A DNA stretch of 58,574 bases from an uncultured Gammaproteobacteria bacterium (lineage in GTDB: Bacteria; Patescibacteriota; Microgenomatia; Daviesbacterales; UBA10151), in the NCBI GenBank assembly GCA_964394855.1, contig CAYMZD010000002.1:1-58574 (forward strand). Direction: 5' to 3'. Below are positions 26,957-35,965 of this stretch, piece by piece. The notes under the pieces were generated by a model that saw only the letters and a list, made by a program, of their open reading frames with translations, did not search any database and was not told where the DNA came from. Both the position numbers and the translations under genes were made by a program. The first letter of the stretch is position 1. Every line of letters begins with the position of its first letter.

Positions 26957-28312
26957 TTAGGATTTTAGTGAATAACTTTGTATTTTTTGTTTAACCTCAA
27001 TTAAAGTTCTCTGGACTTCCCTATCAGTGATGGCTAGTTTTTTAATCCGATCCCTACCATGCATAACCGTGGTGTGGTCTCTTCCCCCCACGATTTGTCC
27101 GATTTTTTCCACAGTTAAGTTTAACTCCTCTGATAGAATGTACATTACTATATGCCTTGGTAAAACTAACTCTTTGTTTCTTTTGGGTCCAGTTAAATCC
27201 CTCGAGTTCAAGTTAAAGTAGTCGCATACAGCCTGCATGATTTTTTTGTGATCTGTTTTTAGGGTTGTTTTGGTGGGTTGATTTAAAAAAAGTAAAATAT
27301 TATCTGTGGTGGGAGCCAGATTTTGTGTTTTTAAGACCTGTAGGATTTGAGCCAACCTTCCCTCCAACTCTCTAATATTGGAATCTACAGACGAGGCAAT
27401 CAACCTTAATGCTTCTTCTGAAAGAGTTTCTCCTTTTTCCCTGCATTTGGCCTGTAAAATGGCTACACGGGTGTCAAAATCAGGTGGTTGGATATCCACC
27501 ATTAGGCCTCCAGCAAAGCGACTTTTTAACCTATCCTCCAACTTGCCAATTTCTTGAGGGGGTCTATCTGAAGTTAACACTATTTGGGCGTTTTTAGTTT
27601 GCAGTTCATTAAAGGTGTGGAAAAATTCTTCTTGTGTACCTTCTCTGCCGGAAAAAAATTGGATATCGTCAATCAATAAAACATTAGCCAGGCGATACCT
27701 TGTTCTTAACTCGCCCATTTTATGGTTTTGAATAGCTTCTACATAATCATTCATGAATTTTTCTGAAGAGCAGTAAATTACCTGTGGATGGGTGTTTTTT
27801 TGCACCAAGGCGTTGCCAATTCCCAACATCAAATGGGTTTTGCCAACACCAGTTCCGCCATAGATAAAAAGAGGGTTGTAAGATAGGCCTGGGTTTTGTA
27901 CCACAGCCTGGGCTGCGGCGAAAGCGACGTTATTGGAAAACCCCACCATGAAATTTCCCATGGTGTATTTGGGGTTAAGATTACTTGATGTCCGCCAGTT
28001 AGTGGGTGGTGGTTGGCTAAAATCAAACAAATTTTCCTCTAAAGTGGGTGCTTTCTCGGAAAGTTTGGAGGAGTCAACCTTAAACTCAAGCTGTGGGTTT
28101 TTGCCAGTAATCTTTAAAAAGGCATCTTGGATTAAGTCAAAATACCTAGCCTTTAACTGCTCGGCAAAAAAAGCAGTGGGAACACAAATAAGAGCTTTTT
28201 TATCTGTGAGCTTATCTAAAGAGGCTTTTAAAAACCAACCCCGATAATTAATAGGGGAAATTTGAGGTTTAATTATTGCTAGAATTTCTTGCCAAATTTT
28301 TTGTGTATCCAT
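26957..28312 (-). CDS. dnaA: Chromosomal replication initiator
   Basis: YNPLFIYGGTGVGKTHL, LLIDDIQF, QEEFFHTFN, SDRPP, NIRELEG, GGRDHTTVMH. Confidence 0.99.
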   Translation of the reverse strand: MDTQKIWQEILAIIKPQISPINYRGWFLKASLDKLTDKKALICVPTAFFAEQLKARYFDLIQDAFLKITGKNPQLEFKVDSSKLSEKAPTLEENLFDFSQPPPTNWRTSSNLNPKYTMGNFMVGFSNNVAFAAAQAVVQNPGLSYNPLFIYGGTGVGKTHLMLGIGNALVQKNTHPQVIYCSSEKFMNDYVEAIQNHKMGELRTRYRLANVLLIDDIQFFSGREGTQEEFFHTFNELQTKNAQIVLTSDRPPQEIGKLEDRLKSRFAGGLMVDIQPPDFDTRVAILQAKCREKGETLSEEALRLIASSVDSNIRELEGRLAQILQVLKTQNLAPTTDNILLFLNQPTKTTLKTDHKKIMQAVCDYFNLNSRDLTGPKRNKELVLPRHIVMYILSEELNLTVEKIGQIVGGRDHTTVMHGRDRIKKLAITDREVQRTLIEVKQKIQSYSLKS

Positions 28313-28330
28313 GTGGATAACTTATACACA
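28312..28330. promoter_or_regulatory. DnaA boxes upstream of dnaA
   Basis: TGTGGATAA (28312-28320) and TTATACACA (28322-28330) back to back. Confidence 0.8.
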
Positions 28331-28398
28331 ATAGAATACAAAGTGACAAGATGGAGAAACTGTTTAAAAGTGTATCAACTTATGGTATACTTTCTCAC

Positions 28399-28536
28399 AT
28401 GCCCAAAAGAACATATCAACCCAAGAAGATAAAAAGACTTCGAAAACACGGCTTTTTGGCCAGAGTCGCCACTCTTGGTGGTAGAAAGGTTATTAAAAGA
28501 AGAATGCTTAAGGGTCGCCAAAAAATAACTGTTTAA
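28399..28536 (+). CDS. rpmH: 50S ribosomal protein L34
   Basis: MPKRTYQP...R.HGFLAR.AT.GGR.VIKRR..KGR; next to dnaA and rnpA. Confidence 0.96.
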   Translation: MPKRTYQPKKIKRLRKHGFLARVATLGGRKVIKRRMLKGRQKITV

Positions 28537-28881
28537 ATGCTGGCCAAAGAAAAAAGATTAAATTTAAAAAAAGATTTTAAGTGGGTAGTTAGTGGTAAGA
28601 GGCTGGAGACAAAATACACCAGGCTTTATGTTAGAATGGGTGATAACCCCCATCCCAGAGTTAGTGTAGCTCCTGCGTCAAAAAATTTTAAAAAAGCTAC
28701 TGATAGAAATAGAGCCAAAAGGATTATTTGGGCGGCCTTTAAAGCTCTTTATCCGGCACTTTTGCCAAACCTTAATATAGTAGCTCTTCCCAAACTGCCT
28801 GTACTTGGTGTAAAATCAGGGGATATGCTGCTAGATTTAGAAGAAGTTTTAATGAGGGAAAGGATGTTAAATAAAAAGTAA
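28537..28881 (+). CDS. rnpA: Ribonuclease P protein component
   Basis: RL..KKDF..V, KKATDRNRAKR motif; synteny. Confidence 0.9.
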   Translation: MLAKEKRLNLKKDFKWVVSGKRLETKYTRLYVRMGDNPHPRVSVAPASKNFKKATDRNRAKRIIWAAFKALYPALLPNLNIVALPKLPVLGVKSGDMLLDLEEVLMRERMLNKK

Positions 28882-28883
28882 AA

Positions 28884-29096
28884 ATGAAAAAAGTGGTGCT
28901 GGTGTTGATTGAATTTTATCAAGCTTATCTATCGTTTGACCAAGGGCTTCTTCGCCTATTAGCTCCGGGTGGGGCTTGCAAGTATGAAGTTTCATGTTCG
29001 GAGTTTACCAAACAAGCTATAGAAAAATACGGAGTTTTAAAAGGAGGATGGTTAGGATTTAAGAGAATCCTTTCTTGTAACCCCTGGGTAGGATAA
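28884..29096 (+). CDS. yidD: Membrane protein insertion efficiency factor
   Basis: CKY..SCSEF...AI.KYG.LKG.WLG.KRILSCNPW. Confidence 0.93.
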   Translation: MKKVVLVLIEFYQAYLSFDQGLLRLLAPGGACKYEVSCSEFTKQAIEKYGVLKGGWLGFKRILSCNPWVG

Positions 29097-29099
29097 TTT

Positions 29100-29966
29100 A
29101 TGGAATTAATAGGAGCTATCTTTAACACCTTCTTTTTTGCCCCAATTGTGAATTTATTAATCCTGATTTTTAAACTGCTTCATTTGGTGGGTGTACCAGG
29201 AGCTTTGGGTTTTGCCATTATTGTTTTAACTGTGGGAATAAGGTTTTTAATCTGGCCGTTTACTGCTGCCCAAATCAAATCAGCCCAAAAAATGGTCAGC
29301 TTAAAACCTCACCTTGATGAATTAAAGAAAAAACACCAAGATGACAAAAAAGCTTTTGCCGAGGCACAAATGGCTCTTTATAAAGAGCATGGTGTTAATC
29401 CCACTAGCGGCTGTTTACCCACCCTTATCCAATTACCGGTTTTTATTGCCTTGTATCAGGCCATCATCAATGTTTTTCCCCAAACAGACGGTTCTTTGGC
29501 AGCTGATGGATTAGACAGGATAAACACTGTTTTATATAATTCTTGGTTAAGCTTAGCTAGCGCCCCTGATCCTAATTTTTTTGGTTTTAATCTGGCCACC
29601 AAGCCAGCTGAATTCGCCCATTTTGGAACTTGGTTGTTACTGGTACCCATTCTAACAGGGCTACTAACCTTTGTTCAGTCAAAAATGATGACTCCTTCCC
29701 CACCCAAGATTTATCCTTCAGATTCACCCAAAGAGAAAAAAGAAAAGGTAAAAACAGAAGACATGATGGTGGGGATACAAAATCAAATGACCTATCTGAT
29801 GCCAGTGATGATTGGCTATTTTGCCTTTCAGTTTCCAGTGGGGCTGGCAATTTATTGGAATACCTTCACCACAATGGGAATTATCCAACAATATAGGATT
29901 TCTGGCTGGGGAGGCCTGGCTGGTTTGGTGGGTAGTTTAATCCACCAAAAGGGCAGCCAAAGATAA
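29100..29966 (+). CDS. yidC: YidC/Oxa1 membrane insertase (short form)
   Basis: G.AII.LT..IR.LI.P, LYKEHGVNP.SGCLP.LIQLPV, GLAIYW. Confidence 0.95.
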   Translation: MELIGAIFNTFFFAPIVNLLILIFKLLHLVGVPGALGFAIIVLTVGIRFLIWPFTAAQIKSAQKMVSLKPHLDELKKKHQDDKKAFAEAQMALYKEHGVNPTSGCLPTLIQLPVFIALYQAIINVFPQTDGSLAADGLDRINTVLYNSWLSLASAPDPNFFGFNLATKPAEFAHFGTWLLLVPILTGLLTFVQSKMMTPSPPKIYPSDSPKEKKEKVKTEDMMVGIQNQMTYLMPVMIGYFAFQFPVGLAIYWNTFTTMGIIQQYRISGWGGLAGLVGSLIHQKGSQR

Positions 29967-29972
29967 ATTCTT

Positions 29973-30446
29973 ATGGAAAATGCCACAACACAAAATCAAT
30001 TAAGTGAGATACTTGATAATATCTTGGGTTTACTCCTACTGGAGGGTTCATATGAAATTCAAGAAGATGACAGCGGGGTTCGTGTTGCCATAGAAACCAG
30101 TGACGCCGGCAGGTTGATAGGTTTTAAAGGGGAATCTTTAAACTCCCTGCAACTTTTGATAAGTCAACTACTTTTTAAAAAAACTGGCCAATATCAAAGA
30201 GTAATTATTGATGTATCGGGTTGGAGACAAAACAAAGAAAAAGAGCTTTCGGATCAAGCTAAAACTTGGGCTGGCGAGGTTTTAGAAAGTGGAAAACCGC
30301 TGGAGCTTGAACCAATGGTTCCTTGGCAACGGCGGATAGTCCATATGGCTGTAGCTGAGGTGACAGGGGTTGAATCAGTCAGTGTGGGAGAAGGTCGGGA
30401 CAGGCACTTGATAATTCGTCCCTTCACTTCACTTAAAGTAAAATAA
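29973..30446 (+). CDS. jag: Jag/KhpB-like KH and R3H RNA-binding protein
   Basis: LIGFKGESLNSLQ KH motif, M.PWQRRIVH, GEGRDR. Confidence 0.9.
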   Translation: MENATTQNQLSEILDNILGLLLLEGSYEIQEDDSGVRVAIETSDAGRLIGFKGESLNSLQLLISQLLFKKTGQYQRVIIDVSGWRQNKEKELSDQAKTWAGEVLESGKPLELEPMVPWQRRIVHMAVAEVTGVESVSVGEGRDRHLIIRPFTSLKVK

Positions 30447-30450
30447 AACA

Positions 30451-31662
30451 GTGCAAAAATTAGTTAAAATATTTCAGCAGACTTTTTGGCAACTGCTGGG
30501 AAAATTAGTCACCACTACCTCCACTTTTATTATATTGGGACTGGTGGCCAGAAATTATGGACCAGAGGGTACGGGAATTTTTACTTTGGCCCTAACCTAT
30601 TTGGCCATTTTTTATCTATTATCGGATTTTGGTTTTAATGCCCATATTTTAAGGGTAGGCAAGCAAGATCTTGAGTGGAGAAAGCTATTAGGGACCAGAC
30701 TTTTGTGGGCTACTTGTTTGGTAGTAGTCTCCATCCTCATACTCCCCTTTTTACCGTTTGCCAACTCCACTTTTTCCCAAGCAATATTTTACGGTAGCTG
30801 GGCCATTATGGCTTCAGCCACCTTTGTAACTTGTAATTTGCTTTTTCAAAAATACTTACGTTTCGATCTGGCTAATTTAGCCTTGAGTTTGGGTACCATG
30901 GTAGCGTTGGCGACCATTAGCTGGTTTGTAAAATCCCACCAACCTATTCCAGTTTTAGTTTTTGGACATTTTGTGGGTTGGACAATAGTAGCTCTTGCGG
31001 CGCTTTTTTTAGTCAAAAAATTTGTGATAGATTTACGGCCCATCTTTAATAAAGACTACATCATTTCCCTATTTAACTCTTCTTGGCCCATTGCGGCCAC
31101 ACTAGCTTTAAATACGGTTTATTTCAGGGTTGATGCCTTTATTCTTTCATCAGTTCGAACTGTTAGTGAGGTGGGTATTTACAATGTGGCTTATCAAGTT
31201 TTCCAGTCCCTTTTGGTGCTGCCCACTTTTGCGATGAACTCTTTTTACCCCATGATGCTGCAAACCTTAAAATTTAAGATGGAAAAATTTAAAAACCAGA
31301 TCAAACTGGCTGCAGCCTTACTAACCATTCTTTCCTTGGGCATATCAATCTTTACTTTTTACTTATCACCTGTTGTTATTCAGCTAATTACTGGCTCTGG
31401 TTTTGCTGGATCTGTTACTTCCTTGCAAATTCTTATCCTTGGCCTCCCTGCTTATTTTTTATCAGCCCTCTTCATGTGGGTGATGGTGGCTAAAAAAATG
31501 TATAAAGAAATGCTTTTTGTTTATGCTTTAGGGTTGGTATTTAATGTTTTGGCCAACTATATCTTTATCCCCCAGTATTCATATCTAGCTGCTGCCTGGA
31601 TAACAGGAGCATCTGAATACTTGATTTTAATAATGCAAGCAATCATACTCTTAAGAAGATGA
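30451..31662 (+). CDS. Polysaccharide flippase (Wzx/MATE-like)
   Basis: Polytopic; DFGFNA, YFRVD.FIL, VGIYNVAY. Confidence 0.85.
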   Translation: MQKLVKIFQQTFWQLLGKLVTTTSTFIILGLVARNYGPEGTGIFTLALTYLAIFYLLSDFGFNAHILRVGKQDLEWRKLLGTRLLWATCLVVVSILILPFLPFANSTFSQAIFYGSWAIMASATFVTCNLLFQKYLRFDLANLALSLGTMVALATISWFVKSHQPIPVLVFGHFVGWTIVALAALFLVKKFVIDLRPIFNKDYIISLFNSSWPIAATLALNTVYFRVDAFILSSVRTVSEVGIYNVAYQVFQSLLVLPTFAMNSFYPMMLQTLKFKMEKFKNQIKLAAALLTILSLGISIFTFYLSPVVIQLITGSGFAGSVTSLQILILGLPAYFLSALFMWVMVAKKMYKEMLFVYALGLVFNVLANYIFIPQYSYLAAAWITGASEYLILIMQAIILLRR

Positions 31663-32105
31663 AACTGATTATTTATACAGACGGAGCTTGTCGTGGTAAT
31701 CCTGGTCCCGCCTCATATGGTTTTACCATTAGCAGTGAAGAGGGTAAGTTGCTTCATGAGGAAGGTAAGTTTATCGGGGTGACCACCAATAATGTGGCCG
31801 AGTATACAGCTGTTCTGGAGGCTCTCAAGCATGCCCAACAGGAGTATGCTCCGCCTGCTTCGCCCGCTTCGCGAGGCGAGCGAGGTGAGCCTGCTGGCGG
31901 ATTGGAGATTGAACTTTACGCTGATTCCAAGTTGGTGGCAGAACAGTTATCAGGCAGGTATAAAATAAAAAACCCCAGGCTAAAAGCTATTTTTGAACAG
32001 ATTAAGATACTGGAACTGAACATAGGTAGGGTATTTTATAATCATATTCCCCGTTTTAAAAATACCCTGGCTGACAAACTGGCCAATCAGGCTCTAGATA
32101 AGTAA
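31659..32105 (+). CDS. rnhA: Ribonuclease HI family protein
   Basis: YTDGACRGNPG, TNNVAEY.A, DSKLV.EQ, HIPR..N..AD.LAN. Confidence 0.95.
   Translation: MKLIIYTDGACRGNPGPASYGFTISSEEGKLLHEEGKFIGVTTNNVAEYTAVLEALKHAQQEYAPPASPASRGERGEPAGGLEIELYADSKLVAEQLSGRYKIKNPRLKAIFEQIKILELNIGRVFYNHIPRFKNTLADKLANQALDK
31850..31901. repeat. Intragenic palindromic element in rnhA
   Basis: TCCGCC...GGCGGA termini with a nested hairpin; encodes PPASPASRGERGEPAGG. Confidence 0.88.
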
Positions 32106-32169
32106 ATAGCTACACTACGATATCTTTTAGCTATCTTGAAATCCCCAGAACTTCTGTTACTATTTACGC

Positions 32170-34956
32170 GTGGAGGAAATTGGCAAAGATAGCATTGAAA
32201 AATCGCCCATTCTAGTTTCGCGAAACTCTCCTGTGGCTTTAGTCGTGGGAGTAGCCGGCTTTGTTGGTTCACACCTTGGCGAGGAACTGCTAGCTCACCA
32301 CATCCAAGTTGTGGGCGTTGATAATTTCTCAACAGGGAATAAAAAAAACTTACAAGAGTGTATTAAGGACAAACGATTTCATTTCCTGGATAGCTCTGCT
32401 GAAGACTTAAGGCTTTCTTTACCAAGGCTAGATTATATATTTTTAGTGGCAGAAGGAGGATGGAGTGTGGCGGCAGTGTTGGATCTGGCGAAGCAGTTTA
32501 AGTCAAAAATAGTTTTTGTTTCCACCATCGAGTTGTATGAGCGAAAAATCAACCATCGACTTGAGTGGTTTAAAAAGGCGGAGGCAGAAATAGCCAGGTT
32601 TGCCCAGGAGAATAAGCTTAATGCTAGGGTGGTTAGGTTAGCTGGTCTATATGGACCAAGAATGCACTTTAGGGTTGATGATCCGTGTATCCGCTTAATC
32701 CAGGCTGCCTTGTTGGAAGAGCTACAAAAAGAAGTGGCATTGGATTTTTCCTCTCGGGCTTTGTTTATAGACGATGCAGTTAGCTTAATAGTTAAAAGTA
32801 TGCTTTCTGGAGCCACTGCTTCAAAGATTTTTGATGGGGTATTTTATCCTCCCATCAAAGTGGCGGAGATAAAACAGGTGCTTTTGGACCCCATTTGGCA
32901 TGAGAATAGAGGATTTAAACCAGTGGATCTCCCCCCTTGGTCCACCCCTAATTTGGAAAAAACCATCAAGCAGTTGGCTTGGCATCCCCAGACAAATTTA
33001 GTAATAGGGTTAAAAAAGACTTTGAGTTATTTTAAAGATAATGAGGTTAAGATACCAGAGTTGGAGCAAAAAGAAGAAAAGGTAGAAGATAGAAAAATAG
33101 ATTGGGAGGAGGAGAAAAAAAGAAGATTATCTGTTGAGGAAGATCAGGGGGTGGCAAAAACAAAACAGAATAAAAAATGGTCCCAGCGCTTGCCCAAAAT
33201 ATCCACCGGACAAGCGTTAGTTTTAGTAGGGGGTATCATGATAGTTTATGCTCTTTTCTTGCCAATTTTATCTTTATCTTGGGCAACTTTAACATATAGA
33301 CATAATTTGACTCTGGCTATGGAGAGTCTGCCCAAAGGAGAATTTAACAAGGGACTGACCTTTTTAGATAAGGCCAGTGAAGGCTTGGAGCAGGCAAATT
33401 CTTTAGTTTTATCCATGGAGATCGTTCCTCAAATGGGTTTATTGAGGTATCAGTTTGAAAAGATACAAAAATTGGTAGGAGTTTCTGCCGGGGTAATTAA
33501 GGCTGCCAAACATACCACTCTGGGAACACAATTTTTATATGAGGCTGTCAAGACTATTTCTGGTGAGAACACTGCCTCCACCAAGCAGTATTTAGATAAA
33601 GCCTTATTTGAGCTGACAACAGCTGAAGCTGATTTTGCCAGGTTATCTCTTGATCTTGATGACAACGAGCTACTTCCTGGCTTGCCCAATTTCATCGCCT
33701 TTAGGGTGAATAGTTTAAAAGAGAGGGTTAAAGATTATAGTGAGCTGACTAAAAAAATGAGAATGGTGGCTATTTTTTTACCAGAGGTAGTGGGTACTAC
33801 TGGCCCCAAAAGCTATTTGGTGGTATTGCAAAACAATACAGAACTTCGTCCCAGTGGTGGTTTAATTACCGCCATATCCAGAATTGATTTTTTAGATGGT
33901 AAATTAAAAAAAATTGACAATCAAAAAGTAAGTGAACTAGATGAAAAACTCAAACTTAATATTGAGCCGCCAAAAGAGCTCAAGCAAGATTTAGGATTGA
34001 CTTCTTGGAGTTTACAAGACGCTGGTTGGGAGGGTGATTTTCCCACCGCTGCCAGACAAGTGGCCTATATTTATACTAAAGCCACTGGTGAAAAGATAGA
34101 TGGGGTAGTGGCCATAGATTTGGTGGCCCTGGAGGAGCTTTTAAATATCACAGGTTTATCTGTAGAGGATTTGGCAGATAACGCGCTGACCAGTAAAGAT
34201 CAAAACTATTTTGTCAAACTAGAGGAGGGTTTGTTAAATAAACTCTTTTTTGTCCCCAATATCAATTGGTTGGGAATAGTTAATAGTTTAGGTCAGTCAT
34301 TTGAGAAAAAGCACACCATGGTTTATTTTGCTGATACTAAATTATTCTCTTTTTTAATTTCTCAAAATCTGGCCGGAGCTTTTCCCAGGCCAGCAGTTAA
34401 AGATAAAAAAATGGCTGATTTCTTGGCTATTTTGGAAGCCAATGTGGGAGGTAATAGAGTTAATTTTTATGTGGCCAGAAAGTATAGTTTGGAAACATCA
34501 ATCGGAAGTGAAGGACAAATTAGCCACCGCCTTAAGCTAACTTATATAAACAGCAGTAAAACTGCTGTTTGGCCAGCAGGAACATACAAGAACAGAGTGA
34601 GATTTTATGCGCCCTTTGGCAGTCAGCTTTTAAGGGTTTTGTGGGGAAGTCAAGATATAACCAAAGAAGTTAGTAGTTTTGCAGACTATGGTAGGAGTGG
34701 ATACTCTTTTGTTTTACTTTTGGCACCAACAGAGGAAAAAGCTTTGGTGTTAGATTGGCAGTTACCAGATAAAATACAATTTATAGAAGGTGAAGCTACA
34801 TACCGCTTAGATGTCGTCAAGCAAGCAGGAACAAATGATGATCCTCTCGAGTGGAAACTAAATATCCCTGTTTCTTTCAAGACATCATTACCTGGACAAG
34901 TTATTTCCACTGACTTATCTAGGGATCGCCGCTTTGAAGTGAAGTTGACAAAATAA
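32170..34956 (+). CDS. Fusion: NAD-dependent epimerase/dehydratase-like domain, TM helix, DUF4012-like domain
   Basis: GVAGFVG and VDNFSTG N-terminus; central TM; YLVVLQNNTELRPSGG, EANVGGN..N, YKNRVRFY.P. Confidence 0.8.
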   Translation: MEEIGKDSIEKSPILVSRNSPVALVVGVAGFVGSHLGEELLAHHIQVVGVDNFSTGNKKNLQECIKDKRFHFLDSSAEDLRLSLPRLDYIFLVAEGGWSVAAVLDLAKQFKSKIVFVSTIELYERKINHRLEWFKKAEAEIARFAQENKLNARVVRLAGLYGPRMHFRVDDPCIRLIQAALLEELQKEVALDFSSRALFIDDAVSLIVKSMLSGATASKIFDGVFYPPIKVAEIKQVLLDPIWHENRGFKPVDLPPWSTPNLEKTIKQLAWHPQTNLVIGLKKTLSYFKDNEVKIPELEQKEEKVEDRKIDWEEEKKRRLSVEEDQGVAKTKQNKKWSQRLPKISTGQALVLVGGIMIVYALFLPILSLSWATLTYRHNLTLAMESLPKGEFNKGLTFLDKASEGLEQANSLVLSMEIVPQMGLLRYQFEKIQKLVGVSAGVIKAAKHTTLGTQFLYEAVKTISGENTASTKQYLDKALFELTTAEADFARLSLDLDDNELLPGLPNFIAFRVNSLKERVKDYSELTKKMRMVAIFLPEVVGTTGPKSYLVVLQNNTELRPSGGLITAISRIDFLDGKLKKIDNQKVSELDEKLKLNIEPPKELKQDLGLTSWSLQDAGWEGDFPTAARQVAYIYTKATGEKIDGVVAIDLVALEELLNITGLSVEDLADNALTSKDQNYFVKLEEGLLNKLFFVPNINWLGIVNSLGQSFEKKHTMVYFADTKLFSFLISQNLAGAFPRPAVKDKKMADFLAILEANVGGNRVNFYVARKYSLETSIGSEGQISHRLKLTYINSSKTAVWPAGTYKNRVRFYAPFGSQLLRVLWGSQDITKEVSSFADYGRSGYSFVLLLAPTEEKALVLDWQLPDKIQFIEGEATYRLDVVKQAGTNDDPLEWKLNIPVSFKTSLPGQVISTDLSRDRRFEVKLTK

Positions 34957-35051
34957 GTTCACGTGTTTTTTTATGGGACGAAGTTTGGACTCTCACAGGG
35001 GTTTATTCGACAACTTGATAAGTTGGCTCTTCTGTGATAAATTAGAAAGCT

Positions 35052-35822
35052 ATGGACAGAATTAGTTTGAGTGCCGAGGAAAGAAAAACTCTTGGTAAAA
35101 AAGTTAAAAATTTAAGGAAAGCAGGGAAACTTCCTGGTCATGTTTATGGTAAAGGGTTGGAAACTGAACATGTATCAGTGGATGGCAAAGTCTTTTTAAA
35201 AACTTTTCAAGAAGCAGGGGAAACAGGCTTAATTGATTTAAAAATCGGAGCAGAGAAGATTAGGCCTGTACTGGTTCGTGGGGTACAATATGATCCTGTT
35301 TCGGGTTTACCCCTTCATATTGATTTTTATCAGGTTAATCTGCAGGAGAAAGTTAAGGTGCCAGTCCCCATAGAGTTGATTGGAGAGGAGCCGGAAAAAG
35401 TCCATTTGGGAGAGGCCATTGTCCTCCAAACCCTAAATGAAGTGGAAGTGGAAGCGCTGCCTGGTGATTTGATAGAAAAAATAGAAGTTGACCAATCGGC
35501 TTTGAAAGAAATTGACGATGCCATTACAGTAGGGCAGCTTGAATTTGATAGAGAAAAGTTAACAATTTCAGCTGATCCGGAAGAAATTGTGGTGAAACTG
35601 GCTCCGGCCGTGACAGCTGAAATGGAGAAACTTTTGGAAGAGCAGGCTGCAGAAGCAGCAGAAGCTCAAACAGAAGCTGTGGCTGAAGGAGAGGAAGCTC
35701 CCACCGAAGGTGAGACTCCTGCAGGGGGTGAGGAGTCTCTTATTGAAGCTGGGGGAGAGGGAGATCAGGCACAAGCAAGAGGCACTAAGGGTGGAGAAGA
35801 ACCTCAAAAAGAGCAGTCCTAA
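35052..35822 (+). CDS. rplY: 50S ribosomal protein L25 (CTC form, acidic tail)
   Basis: LRK.GKLPG.VYG, VQYDPV...LHIDFY, VEVEALP. Confidence 0.95.
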   Translation: MDRISLSAEERKTLGKKVKNLRKAGKLPGHVYGKGLETEHVSVDGKVFLKTFQEAGETGLIDLKIGAEKIRPVLVRGVQYDPVSGLPLHIDFYQVNLQEKVKVPVPIELIGEEPEKVHLGEAIVLQTLNEVEVEALPGDLIEKIEVDQSALKEIDDAITVGQLEFDREKLTISADPEEIVVKLAPAVTAEMEKLLEEQAAEAAEAQTEAVAEGEEAPTEGETPAGGEESLIEAGGEGDQAQARGTKGGEEPQKEQS

Positions 35823-35965
35823 GCGTTTAATTTGCGCTGATTTTGCGGGAATTTTAAGCACAAACTAGTTTGGCCGTTGGACTACCATAATAGATTTACC
35901 CTCGTGAGGAAGTTTTTGCCACAGCTCTTCTGTAAGCGTCGCTTCGCTCCTGGGTAACCTCGGAA

